A stretch of DNA of 63,849 nucleotides, counting the filler, from Octopus bimaculoides (taxonomy: Eukaryota): assembly GCF_001194135.2 (NCBI RefSeq). It is 10 parts of 10 records of this genome, joined end to end, with 100 filler letters (N's around TTAATTAATTAA, not from the genome) between each part and the next. Parts side by side here need not be neighbours in the genome. Positions count along the whole stretch, not along the records: positions 1 to 12,527 come from NC_069005.1; positions 12,628 to 23,000 come from NC_068993.1; 8 more parts are not named here. One strand, written 5' to 3'. How positions within the stretch are numbered: position 1 is the stretch's first letter; each line of letters opens with the position of its first letter. Positions 1-12,850 of the stretch are shown piece by piece. Both the position numbers and the translations under genes were made by a program. The notes beneath the pieces were generated by a model that was given only the letters and a program-made list of their open reading frames with translations, had not been told where the DNA came from and did no database searches.

Positions 1-231
1 ATATATATATATATATATACATATGTATATATATACATATATATATACGTATGTATATATACGTGTGTATATATAGAGAGAGAATTAAAAGGTGTGAGGA
101 ACAGTATTACAAATCCAGCAGCATTTTCAGGAGGCTTGCTGGTGTATAATAATGTTTGTAAATTGACAATCTGCATTTACTACTATATACATTTAGACCG
201 CAAGTAAAAGCAGGAAAGGATACAACAAGCA

Positions 232-1563
232 TCATGAATAATACACAAAACAAGTAGACACGTGCAGACCTATCCAGCCTTATGTATTCACGCCTAGTTA
301 AATCATATGTATAAGAATAGGAACAGAATATATCAATTGGGGATTATGAAACGTATCTGAATGAAACAATGTTTTAACGATGTATATTTTGAATCTGTCA
401 ATAATTTAAAGATAGGAAATAGTTAAATAATTAAAATCAATACAATACGTTTATAACTAAAAGAAAGAATTGGAAAGATAAATGTGAACGATATAGGAAT
501 AGGAAATAGAAATGTGTGGTTATATATATATTTTATATAAAATTATTCGCAGAAAATCAATTAAGATGTACGTGAGAACCATTAATGGCAATGAATAGAT
601 GGCTTTCTTCTCAAATCTTCTGGTATAGAAATATTTAAACCCACGGAGACTGCTTTTGAGTGGAATCTTACAATGGAGAAGCTTAGAAAATGAAATATAT
701 TGTTTTATACAGGAAACACAATGAAAGTTACCTGAATCCCTAATGAAATAGATAATGGAAATCCTGAATGGAAAAACAAAATGGTACGTAGATACCACTG
801 TACAAGAAACATGTATAAACACAGGAGACGCTGAAAGCAAGAAATCCCTGCTAAATCTAAATCAACTCGTCTTAATGACAAGCTAATTCACTTCTTTAGA
901 TAGATTCAACATGTTGCTTGTTATAGAAAAGGCGATTCCACGTAAATTTAGAAAGCATCTAAAAATAAGAGAAATAAAGAATGTTTGTTAAAAAACTGAC
1001 AATTGCGAAATAATTCTTGTTAAATTATTTAAGGATTTACAGAATTTTAAAAAACAAAAGCGGTGAAAATTTTCATAACAGGAAATGTCATCTTAATCTC
1101 AAAAACCAGCAACACGTATAATATACATCTCAAGTAGTTACATGCCTACCTAGCCAACCTTATATATTTATACTTAGCCAGATCATATGTATAAGAATAG
1201 GAACAGAATATGGAAAATAGGGATTATGAAACGTATCTGAACGAAACAATGTTTTAACGATGTACATTTTGAATCTGTCAATAATTTAAAGATAGGATAT
1301 ATTTAAATAATTAAAATCGATACAACATATTTTATAACTAAGAGAAAGAATTGGAAAGATAAATGTGAACGATAAAGGAATAGGAAATAGAAATGTGTAG
1401 TTATAAATATATTTAAAATAAAATTATTTGCAGAAAATCAATTAAGATGTACGTGAGAAACGTTAATGACAAATCTACTATAGAAAGATTTAAACTTACG
1501 GAGACAAAGTTTGAGTGGAATCTTACAATGGAGAAACTTAGAAAATGAAATAGAAAATGTTTT
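232..1563 (+). repeat. Diverged direct duplication (about 232-706 vs 1112-1563) of unclassified A-rich sequence
   Basis: TCATATGTATAAGAATAGGAACAGAATA occurs at 303 and 1183 (offset 880), and similarity continues for about 400 bp. Confidence 0.9.
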
Positions 1564-1700
1564 ATCGCTTTTTCTATAAAAGGCAACATGGTGCATATAT
1601 CCTAAGAAGAGATTTAGGTTGTCATTAAGATGGATTGTTTCAGATTTAGCAGAAATGTCTTCTTTTAAAAGTCTCTTGTGTTCAAAAATATTTCTTGTAC
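800..1700. repeat. Inverted repeat, 800-936 vs 1564-1700
   Basis: Ungapped 137-bp alignment with 108 identities (about 79%) by manual count. Confidence 0.9.
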
Positions 1701-3010
1701 GGCAAAAGATTACGTTGAAAATACCTGAAAGACCATATGTTTCGTATCTAGATTATACATTTTCATAGATATATGAGGACAGCAATTTTCAGAGGGGGTT
1801 CTCTAGTGTGGTTAGTATCTGCAACTCTATTTAATCGTCTAATCAATCTCGGGAGGATGATTGGAAGTGGTGTACATGCCATAATTCTCCAATATCAATG
1901 ATTAGAAATTAATTCCCATCACCAATAGAAGATTATTTCATTGTCTTTCGCTCCTTGACCACTCTATATAGACCAACAGTAATTAGATGCAAAATGACAT
2001 GCTTTTATCCGGTTTTCACTGTTGTACTAGGCCGAGAACATTACGTAGGTCCTCATTTTAACGAGTCACACCACTCACCCGAGTACGCATTGCTTACTGC
2101 TAAAGGAGATAAAGTTTCAGGTTCGATACCCGAACATCCAGCGCTCTGCATTCAATATATTCAGTCAAAAATGAGCCCAGGTTGAGTAACGTACTCCCAG
2201 GCTGTCTCATCCTCGCTTTCCGGCTTCGAGAGGCTGCTTCTATTCGCTACTATATGGGGACCTAAGAGAATAGGACAATAAATAATGATCCATACTGCCA
2301 AGTCAATGCCGCATGTAACTGACGGCTGGCCATTTTCTTTTCCTTTTAATGAAACCCAGGCACACTTCATGTATTTCCAAAATGTTCTGGAAAGTGGATA
2401 CCAATTTTCTGATTAGTTTTCCTATGACACCGCTGTATACAATAGCAGTTTCTTATTTCTTTAATTATCCACCTCATGTAGATCTAGTACACCAAAGAAG
2501 GCGCATATTGTACATTTTCCTGAGAACCCACTTCGATTTGGAAATGCTACTCTTCGCAGGAATTCATTACATTTGTTTCGATATTTTGCTGGTATTTACA
2601 TTGTGGCAGTGAAGTACAATATTGCTGCAGTTTGTGGTGCAGTTGTTGCAGGTTTCCTTTCTTAGTAATATCGGTGCGCAATGCTGCACTGTTGAACTAG
2701 GGTACCATTCAGTAGTTACATCAAAAGTGTGGAAATAATTCTTGGAATCATTCCTAACGGTGGTGGTGATGATATTGGTGAATGTTGTTTCAGTCGTTTT
2801 TGCTGGAATTTTCTGTAGTTACACCATTTATGTTAGCTCTTTCTGATATCTTTGTCACGAACTTTGATGGTAATTTCTTTCTCGGTCCTTTACTCTTGCC
2901 TTGTTTCTTTAACGACCCCTCTTCCTTTGTGGATAATAGACGTCCTTCTGCAGCCTTTCAGATGCACCACCTAACCCGCATTTTCTTAATTTTCCACTCA
3001 CTCTTTCGAT
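1700..3010 (-). mobile_element. Possible highly decayed non-LTR retrotransposon (Lys/Thr-rich ORF1-like tail, weak endonuclease-like motifs)
   Basis: Coding-like composition without microsatellites; fragments such as GVIGKLIRK and IIYCP; many stops. Confidence 0.25.
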
Positions 3011-4210
3011 GACACACACATAGTCTTATATATATATATATATATNNNNNNNNNNNNNNNNNNNNNNNNNNNNNNNNNNNNNNNNNNNNNNNNNNNNNNN
3101 NNNNNNNNNNNNNNNNNNNNNNNNNNNNNNNNNNNNNNNNNNNNNNNNNNNNNNNNNNNNNNNNNNNNNNNNNNNNNNNNNNNNNNNNNNNNNNNNNNNN
3201 NNNNNNNNNNNNNNNNNNNNNNNNNNNNNNNNNNNNNNNNNNNNNNNNNNNNNNNNNNNNNNNNNNNNNNNNNNNNNNNNNNNNNNNNNNNNNNNNNNNN
3301 NNNNNNNNNNNNNNNNNNNNNNNNNNNNNNNNNNNNNNNNNNNNNNNNNNNNNNNNNNNTTTTAAACAAGGCACAAAAAGTAAATTTAATCCTCTCGCCA
3401 ATTCTGGAGTCAGCTTTTTAACAAGAGGGGAAAGGCTAACATCTAACGCATATCAAGAATGCTCAACGATTTCACTCAAATCCCACGGAGCGATGTAAAG
3501 TGCACCTATTGTGTATTGATATCAAGAAATACATATATACAGAAGAAAAAAAAAAACAAGCAGAGAATAATTTGGAGAAAGGAAGATGGAAAGAAAAAAG
3601 ACACAGAAAGAAGAAAACAATGGAGATCCCCAGTTATTATTTAAGGAAGAAAAATCATGAAAATAGCGAATATAGTTGTTATTTTTCTCTTTCCTTCTAT
3701 GTTGGTAATTCGAAAATCGACTGTCTGTTTTGGGCACAACGTCGTTATGCAAATAGAAGAGATAGCGCGTTCCAGATAATGCAAATCCTCAACAAATACA
3801 AACACAATCGAAATGCAGTCAAGTCATGCATACGAAGATAAAGTATATTTGTTTGTATGCATGACTTTTCTCCGTTTCTATTGTACAATAGTAAAATATT
3901 ATTATTTGAATCAAAGCTGTAGGTGATAAACGTGGTTTTGATTTTAATGTAAACAAAACAACACCATCAACGACAAGAACAATGGAACAAGCGAACTGCC
4001 AGTCAAAAATGTCACTGCACTGACTGAACAATTCACACGTGACTTTTCTTGGACGCAAACAATAAATGAAAAGATGAGAAAACGTTTGGACGAAAGAATT
4101 AGTATAATACAGAAATTATCAAATGCTAAACTAGTGACTACTTATAAAGTCGCATGATCACCTGTTATATTCTATAGCGTCTCGGTAACTCCGAATGCTA
4201 TAGAACCAAA

Positions 4211-4301
<91 letters not shown>

Positions 4302-5063
4302 GAAGGAAAGAGCGAATGAGCAAAATGAGTTCTTTCGCTTAGTCCCCTACATATACATATATGGGTGTGTGTATGCGGATATATACAACTTCTGGATAGC
4401 TTACGAAGGTTACGCTTTAGAAACCCAGAAAATGGGATAATCGTCTCTCCAGATTATCTCATATAGACGCTTAATCTTAAAAAGTGCAGCATTTTCATCT
4501 ACCGCCGCTGGTACATGGTCTTCGTCTGTTAACGTCATGCTTGCGTGCATTTGATCATTATACGTCTACACAAGATGATCTCGCAGGACGAATGCCACAA
4601 TTCACTATCGTTTCTACATTGTATCTACGCTAAGTATGATATACAGAATACTAATTTTAACTAATACTGCTTCCGTTGCTAATAACCAATACACACGCAT
4701 TCAAATACTCTCACACACACATTCACACATAGACGCACACAAACACATACACATATGTATTTATGCAAGTATGTTTGTATGTAGCTGCCAATCGATCGAT
4801 CTGTGTCTGTATGATCAAGTATTTGATTCTGTGTTATTGAATGCTTTTATTTCTATATCATCCTATCTCACAGTTATGTCATTCTGCGTTAGTTCTCTCA
4901 TTACCCATCCCTCTTTTAATTGCTATGCACGTTATAAATTATGTACACTACACACACACACACATACCCACACGCATAAACACACACACATATATACCTA
5001 TATATACACATACACATGTTTGTACACATATATGCAACACACAAATCACACAAATACTATATA

Positions 5064-5111
<48 letters not shown>

Positions 5112-6477
5112 NNNNNNNNNNNNNNNNNNNNNNNNNNNNNNNNNNNNNNNNNNNNNNNNNNNNNNNNNNNNNNNNNNNNNNNNNNNNNNNNNNNNNNNNN
5201 NNNNNNNNNNNNNNNNNNNNNNNNNNNNNNNNNNNNNNNNNNNNNNNNNNNNNNNNNNNNNNNNNNNNNNNNNNNNNNNNNNNNNNNNNNNNNNNNNNNN
5301 NNNNNNNNNNNNNNNNNNNNNNNNNNNNNNNNNNATATATATATTCATATATTATCACGCTCTTTTTTCTTGCTCTCGTTACAAAAACTCGTAACAAAAC
5401 ATAAACACACATGCGTCAATACAGACACAACGACACATACAAACGGAAAAAGTGAAATTTGCAGAAATACGGATTCAAGATCAATCAAGCGAAATCCATG
5501 GAAATTGAAAGCTATGTAACCCCAGCATGTGAGGAAGCACATAGATTCCGCCATTACTGCAAACAATACACAAATAAAAGCAAAATGGCGCTCGTTTTAT
5601 TCCTTTCTGCGTTCGCACACTTTTGCGCTATTGTTCTCGATACCAACATGCTTTCAGATTTCCTGATATGCAAACATTAACGCTATTGCCTGCTTTATTT
5701 CATTGTGCCGGCTGTGAAAGCTCCGTAGAAAAGCAGAAGCGCTTTATTTGTTATTCGATATTCTATACGCTTCGGGATAGGTTTTGGCATTTGCAAGTTT
5801 CCATATAGGATGAAACTAATTAATAACAGACACAGCTTTATTATCGAATACTTCCTATTCTTATTCCATGTCAATTAGCGAGATTAGTTCAGTTTTAGAT
5901 TTAGGTGAATTTGCTTATTTGTTTCATCTAACATTTCGTTTCTCATTTTGGAAAATGGTTATTAGTGTTGATGTGTTTCGTGGGTTTTATCATGTTTTAA
6001 TATGGCTTTATTTCATGAAGATATGCTTCAGGCCCACTACAAGCAGAACATCTAATAAACACGAAGAATAACGGTCGTGACGCAAATATCAAATATCATG
6101 TAAACTTTCCATAAATCTCTTCAGTGTGGATTTATTATGGAGTAATTTGAATGGCGGTTGGTTGGGTGTCTATCTGCGTGGGTGTGTGCATGTGTGTGTG
6201 TGTTTGGGTGTGTGTGTCTGTGTGAGTGCATACGATTCGGCTTCAACATGACTGTAACAGTTGAGTATATATAAATATATTTTCAAATTTACAGACTCTA
6301 CATATGTACACACAAGACACACACACACTCACACACTCACATACTCACACACACACATACACACATACACACACACACGCACACACAAACACTTGCACAT
6401 TAACAGGGAGGATGGAGCAGTAATTCTATTGCATAATTTTACAATTGGTTCATCGATATTTTATCTGAAGAATTTTG

Positions 6478-6488
6478 TTATATTATTA

Positions 6489-6541
<53 letters not shown>

Positions 6542-7565
6542 GTTGTTGTTGTTGTTGTTGTTGTTATTATTATTCAATAGTCTAATTTTTATCACGCGCT
6601 TTCACTGCTCTACCGAAGGTAGCTCTATGTGTGCCTTGGGTATGTACTATGGTTTGTTTTGATGCTCTTATTTTCATTGTATTGAAAGTGTTTTACGTAC
6701 GATGTGTGCGCTGACTACTGGTGCTATTTTCTGTATATTATAGTATATCTATGATCCGGCATCGTTTGCTGTCTTTCTCAATTAACACTGTGTCTTGTTT
6801 CCTATTCTCTATCTCATAGTCGCACTGAATCATAAAATCCCCTAGGATCTTTGCATTATCGTTTTCGATGATGCCTTCGGGTTTATATTCGTACCACTTT
6901 TTTGCTCTGTCGAGTCCATACTTGTAGCAAAGTGTCCAATGGACAATCCTTGCTATATTGTTATGACGTCTCTTATATTCTTTTTGAACTTGTAGCGTAC
7001 ATTGATTGGTAATATGCCATACGTTTTCACCATTTTGTCCCAAAATTCTGCACTTATCACTTTCTGGTCTGTTGTCTATTCTGTATTTGACGTAATTGGT
7101 TCTTAATGCTTGCTCTTGGGCAGCACAGATTAGAGCCTCTGTTTCCGGTTTTAAACCACTTTTATTCATCTATAGTTATCTTTGTTTCTCTGTCTGTCTT
7201 ATCTTCAACATTTCTATGAAATTTCCTATGCATTCTTTTCTTTTTCCACCTATTTTCAGTGACATTCATTCACAAGTGCTTGTACAGTGCATTATCTTTG
7301 CAATCTTGCATCCCACACAAACCTGACCTTCTTACATCCAATAATAGCGGTTCTGTTGCATTTTTTATATACCGTGCTATGTTGGTTTCTTCTGCTCTAA
7401 ACTGTGTTCGCATCCAATCAGTCCTCTTCCCCCTCTTTGTCATGATACATACAGTCTCTCCTCCAAAGTTTCAGGCGTTGTGCCTGTTGCATAACAATTT
7501 GACGCATATTTGGCTGTTGTTTCTCGCAGTTTCTTCGACTTCATCAGTGCTCTATCAGTTTAGTA
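6478..7565 (-). mobile_element. RLE-type non-LTR retrotransposon (R4/Dong-like), 3' portion with (TAA)n tail
   Basis: GLKPETEALICAAQEQALRTN; zinc-knuckle region KCR..GENVWHI..QC..YKRRHN; endonuclease-like GDFMIQCD..RKQD..IID; terminal NIQKIAPVVSAHIVRKTLSIQ*; 3' UTR; TAA tail. Confidence 0.92.
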
Positions 7566-8288
7566 TACTTGTACTATGGCTAAAACAAACGAAAAAAATA
7601 AAACATTACATATAACTACATTGCTTTAATTTCTGACTCCAATTCCAGATATCAGCATTGTATTATCCTTTTCAGATTCTAGCGGTCGATATTTTATGTG
7701 ACATTAAACATACAGTCACTTACGTTCTGAGTACAAACATATATAACATGATATGCAAAGAAACAATTGTAGAGATTTGGCTAAAAGCCCCGTTCATTCT
7801 ATTTTCTTTTATAATAATATTATATAGATACACAATCTATGACCCGTAACATGTTATGAGTTAAAATTTGCCTGTTCAGTCTGTGAATACATAACTAAGT
7901 CTCAGGGTTACACGAGTCTGAAACGACCAAAATCAAGATATTAATCTCTATTAAGGCGCTGAATACGCTTCTCAACGACAGTCAACAATAAAAGTGTACA
8001 CACATACATACATACATACATACATACATATTATATATTATGTATATGTACATGTTTTGTTTAGGCTTTGCGACAATAATAAAATTGTGTTAGAAATCGA
8101 TATACATGTTCAGAATAAAGCGATGTTTGAGTACAGAACGTAATATGAAATTGAATAAACCACAAAAGAAGTCGGACATTATACTATGAACTTCATTAGC
8201 ATTCATATTTTTTCTGCTGTACGATACGTAGTACTTGGAGGTACGTGTTAGTGCGTCACCTCTTAACTTCTATAGAGATTCTCTCTCA

Positions 8289-8333
<45 letters not shown>

Positions 8334-8454
8334 ATTGTGCCTGTGTGTGTTTGTGTATTGGTGTGAGTGCATATATGCATGTGTGTGAGTGTGTGTGTGT
8401 GTGTATGTGTGTGTGTGTGTGTGTGGTCAATGTAAGTAAACAATCAATTCAAAG

Positions 8455-8600
8455 AAACAAATGAAATTAACGGACAGCAAGAGGACGCGCGCAAGGGATG
8501 TATTAGTTTGACGCTTGGTGAAAAAAGAGGTTTTGACGTTTGGATCACAGCTCTTCGTTGGAAAGAAGAAAGGGAAAAAGTCCTAAGAAGGCTAAGAGAT
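8455..8600 (-). mobile_element. Penelope-like terminal repeat family 1, degenerate copy
   Basis: GTATTAGTTTGACGCT...TTTGACGTTT matches the copies at 12680, 39540 and 47290. Confidence 0.6.
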
Positions 8601-9854
8601 GGCCAATAGTATGTGCGTAGTTACATTATTGTATTTGTGTATGTATGTATGTACGTATGTATGTATATATAATGTGTGTGTGTGGGGGGGTGTAATTTAT
8701 ATATGCACATTGGATCGCATCTGTAAGCAGTTTATAATTCATTTCACTTTTTATAAAGTTCTATTTTAAATTAACTTTAATCTGAGAACCTGTAACTTGT
8801 GGAGGCTATGGTAGTATGTCTCTTCTTTTTTCTTGATTGATGCTCCGCGTTCTGTCAACCCTATTGTCCTGTTGTATATGAAATATAAGTCAGATTGAAC
8901 TTTCATATAACAGAATTTCCAGCAAGAACCTAACACCAGAAAGTCTTCTTCAAAGAAGGTCCCTCATGCAAATGAATTGGCCCCAAATCATTACATTTCA
9001 ATAAGGCCAAGCTGTAACTAGATCCAGAACCTGATTCCTGGATATCTGTATGCTGCCACATTCTGTGTTACAGTTTCCATTGAAACCCACCTTCAGAGTG
9101 AGGGCGCCAAAGATCCTGTGTTGTAGCGAGTTCACTGGAAGACGTCAGTTCGTTTGAGTGCAAATAATGTCTTTCGTAATATATGAAGGAATTCAGAAGA
9201 AGCAGCTAAAGAATTTTTATAATTAACCCGATATCGAAACTGATTGTCGATGTATAAAGGCTGCAGTTTTATGTCTACTACTGTACGACATTTGCCCGTG
9301 TTATGAAGACAAGAAGTTAACATATTGTTAGAAGTGAAATATGTAATCAAACCGTGATAATTATAGTTGTTTTTAATTGTCAGATTTGTTAGTGACGATA
9401 TTGAAACCTTGTTGATTACATATTTTCGTTGTTAACACTTTAGCACCGGAACAAATTTTCTAATAACAGTTCAATGGAAAATCTAGTTGATGAAGTCGCT
9501 AATTAGCGACAAATTAACTACGACCTAATTATTTGGTGTTATACTCTATCAAGTTAAACGTGATACATTATTAGTGTTGCGTTCTACGTTCATACGAAAG
9601 CTAAATAATTAAGGCCTCTGAAGATGATTTAAATACATACGTAGAAGTTTCAAATCCTATCAGCCTTTTTGAAAGAAAAATTCAGACGTGTCTCTACAAA
9701 ATTTCTACGAGTTTATTTTTAGAGAAATCAATTTAAATGTATTTCGCATATGCCGGTGTATAAGACACGTTTTCTAAATTTCTAAATGTAGTAAAAAATT
9801 AACCAACTTCAGATCTTAGATATCTTTTACCTTTTATGGTTTACATGTTTTAGT

Positions 9855-10243
9855 TATTAGACTGCGGCCATGCCGGTACAGAGCCCTGGAGAATTTTTAT
9901 TCCAGTGAATAGACCCCACTAATTACGTGTTTCAAGCTGTGTGCTTATTATATCGGTCGTTTCTGTCGGACCGGTAAGTTACAAGTATGTAAGCACATCA
10001 ACACCTCTTGTAAAGCGGCGGTGGGGGAAAACACATACACTCTGATACACACACACACACACACNNNNNNNNNNTATATATATATATATGACAGTCGCCT
10101 TTCAGTATCCGTCTACAAAATCCATTCATAAAGCTTTGGTCGGAACGAGGCTGTAGTACCAACGGTGCTATGCAGTGGAACTGAGCCCAGAAACCGTGTT
10201 TTGGAAGTAACCTTCTTACGAAACAGCCACACCTTCGCCTAAA
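9855..10243 (-). mobile_element. tRNA-derived SINE family A, degraded
   Basis: GACTGCGGCCATG tail and AGCCACACC head match other family A copies. Confidence 0.7.
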
Positions 10244-10257
10244 TGTATTAAGGAGAC

Positions 10258-10590
10258 AATAATGTGGATTCTTGTGCTTAGGAAAAGATCTGGTACTCGT
10301 GGATAATTTCCACATGTCTTGCTCCTAAATAGCAATTACCAAGAAAACCAACTGCAAGGCATTTTGTCCGATCCACTAACGATTCTAGAAATCTTCCGAC
10401 CTGGGTCACCTGAGATAACAACAGTAATAACAAAATCTGGGTAGCTGTGGCGAGGAAAAAAGCTCGGGTTCTGATGATTGATCTCCACGTTTTGACACCC
10501 TCAGATGGCATTTTCCTAGAAGAACTAACGCACGGCGTTTTAACCTGTCCATTGATTATGCTAGGGTTCAATCGACCCGGGGCCCTAGAT
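10258..10590 (+). mobile_element. L1/Tx1-type APE endonuclease fragment
   Basis: Allowing frameshifts, NVD..., IA(L)QET(H)C-like, KSGVAVARKK, FLEEL and CPLIMLGFN (GDFN-like) appear in the expected order. Confidence 0.6.
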
Positions 10591-10730
10591 GTGTTACCAA
10601 TAACGAAAGGCGGGTTGTTATGCCAAGGAAGGAAGTACAGCAGTCGGGGAAAGAATACATTTGATTAAATGTACGCTCGATAAAGGCTCATGTAGTCATC
10701 AGTGACAACCAGCGTAATTGTATTTGATAT

Positions 10731-10850
10731 CTATTATTTTATTTTAGGTTATTTTATTTTATTTTAGGTTATTTTATTTTATTTTAGGTTATTTTATTTT
10801 ATTTTAGGTTATTTTATTTTATTTTAGGTTATTTTATTTTATTTTATGTT
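10731..10850 (+). repeat. Minisatellite, 20-bp unit ATTTTAGGTTATTTTATTTT, about 5.5 copies
   Basis: Near-perfect tandem copies are directly visible. Confidence 0.95.
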
Positions 10851-11108
10851 CGTGTTATTATTTTTCTAACTGTGAACCTAAATGATATTAGACAAGAATC
10901 AAAATAACCAACAAAATACGATATGATGAAAAATTGGTTAACAAATCTTCTTCTCTGACGGATACGAAATAATGAAATAAGAAAAAGCGAAATCTGATTT
11001 TTAAGATGAAATTGAATACGGATATTTAATACATCAAAGGTGGGAGAAAGAAACAGGCAGAGAAAGACAGAGGGGGAAGAGAGAGGATAGGCAGTTCTAG
11101 GAATAGAA

Positions 11109-11143
<35 letters not shown>

Positions 11144-11295
11144 GAGAGAGTGAGAGAAAGTGGGAGAGAGAGAGAGATAGAGAGTGAAAAAGCTATCTAA
11201 ATGCAAATGTTATATCCATGTATTATTCTCCTACAATGATATAATGAGTTGTACGATGATCTCTTTAAAGGAGGGCGAGAGAGAAAGAGGGAGAG

Positions 11296-11360
<65 letters not shown>

Positions 11361-11620
11361 TTGAGAAAGGGAGAGAAAGAGTGAGTGATAAACAATGAGA
11401 CTTCATTTCATAGAAAAACGATGAGTGAGCTTTATGTAGAGTGAATGAGCACACCGATGTTGGTTGGCTTGTGTTGGGAGGTTAGCGAAATTAACGCTGT
11501 AACTCGAGAAATTGAAGTTTCAATTATAGTGGAAAAATTGATATTTCGCTGGCGTTCAATTCTTTTTTTTTATTCCTACATCGTCAGCATAAACGATAAA
11601 CAAATTACTATTATTATTAC

Positions 11621-11669
<49 letters not shown>

Positions 11670-11673
11670 GTTA

Positions 11674-11711
<38 letters not shown>

Positions 11712-12139
11712 AATAATAATTGTAATTGCGAATTGTAATTATCATTGTAGTTGTAAGAGTAATGATAGCAATAGAAATGTCGTTTGTGTTGCTAATAACN
11801 NNNNNNNNNNNNNNNNNNNNNNNNNNNNNNNNNNNNNNNNNNNNNNNNNNNNNNNNNNNNNNNNNATATATATATATATATATATACACTTAGTCATTTC
11901 CGTCTCTTGGCGGCGGCTTAATATTGTATATGCCTAAACATGCAGTGGTGTGCAAATATGGTAATCCTGGTTCAGGGTTCCCACATTTGAAATCCAGCCT
12001 CACCACTACGCAAAGATTCTGCTTTAAAGTCGGTATTGCATTGGAAGTTCCGCATCCGCAAGTATGCAGACGAGCACTCTGGCAGTGCGAACGCATGTGA
12101 AATAAAAAGATCATACTTCTTGGTAATTTATATATTCTA

Positions 12140-12415
12140 AATTCGTGGCACTCCGTCGGTTACGACGACAAGGGTTACAGTTGTTCCGATCAATCGAACA
12201 GCCTGCTCGTGAAATTAACGTGTAAGTGGCTGAGCACTCCACAGACATGTGTAACCATAACGTAGTTCTCGGGGAGATTCAGTGTGACACAGAGTGGGAC
12301 AAGGCTGGCCCTTTTGAAATACAGGTACAACAGAAACGGGAACAAAGTGCGAAAGTTGTGATGAAAGAGAACAGCAAGATTTGCTTCGACCTCCTGCCGG
12401 AACCGCGTGCAACTT
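12140..12415 (-). mobile_element. SINE family C, partial
   Basis: Reverse complement of the body of 57845-58212 (CTGCTCGTGAAATTAACGTG...GCTGAGCACTCCACAG). Confidence 0.85.
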
Positions 12416-12527
12416 ATCTTCTCCATTTCCTTCCTTGTCATATAAATATATATATTGTTAAAATTTACATAAACAAGAGACAAGGACAGGTGAAGGAACA
12501 ACAAACAGGTGTATTAGTTTAACGTTC

Positions 12528-12627
12528 NNNNNNNNNNNNNNNNNNNNNNNNNNNNNNNNNNNNNNNNNNNNTTAATTAATTAANNNNNNNNNNNNNNNNN
12601 NNNNNNNNNNNNNNNNNNNNNNNNNNN
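12528..12627. other. Artificial scaffold-join spacer (44 N + TTAATTAATTAA + 44 N)
   Basis: The 12-mer lies at 12572, 23045, 25847, 41825, 45763, 50351, 53855, 61053 and 62682, each in an identical 100-bp construct; it gives stop codons in all six frames. Confidence 0.95.
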
Positions 12628-12629
12628 AT

Positions 12630-12850
12630 TTACAGAAAACAAAAGATGAAGTCAGGCGTGGGAGCAACAAGCAGCTGTATTAGTTTGACGCTCGGGAAGA
12701 ATGGAAAAGTCTTTGACGTTTCGAGCCTACGCTCTTGGACAGAAAGGATTGAGAGGAAAAAGAGAGAGAGAACGGGAGGAAAATGGAGAGAAAAAATGTG
12801 TAGCGATTAATGGTTCAACATGATGAAAATGATGAGATGACCGGAAGAAA
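12630..12850 (-). mobile_element. Penelope-like terminal repeat family 1 (a further partial copy at 12455-12527)
   Basis: Shared GTATTAGTTTGACGCTCGGGAAG...GACGTTTCGAGCCTACGCTCTT block. Confidence 0.7.
12711..12746 (-). ncRNA. Minimal type I hammerhead-like motif with non-canonical core
   Basis: CUUU-CUG-UCCAA-GA-GCGUAGGCUC-GAAAC-GUC-AAAG: 4-bp stem I, palindromic ACGU stem III, GUC cleavage triplet. Confidence 0.45.

Noticed and set aside
5459-5808. Short ORFs, including a hydrophobic MALVLFLSAFAHF start
   Set aside because: Under 75 aa with no domain motif or clear exon structure.
9495-9510. Perfect 16-bp palindrome GTCGCTAATTAGCGAC
   Set aside because: Single, short and without supporting context; could be chance or a transposon remnant.
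11969-12121. Minus-strand peptide KKYDLFISHA...GFQMW resembling the start of a TIR domain
   Set aside because: Spacing to the G..VW motif is about 10 residues too long, a stop follows, and there are no convincing splice sites; probably chance.
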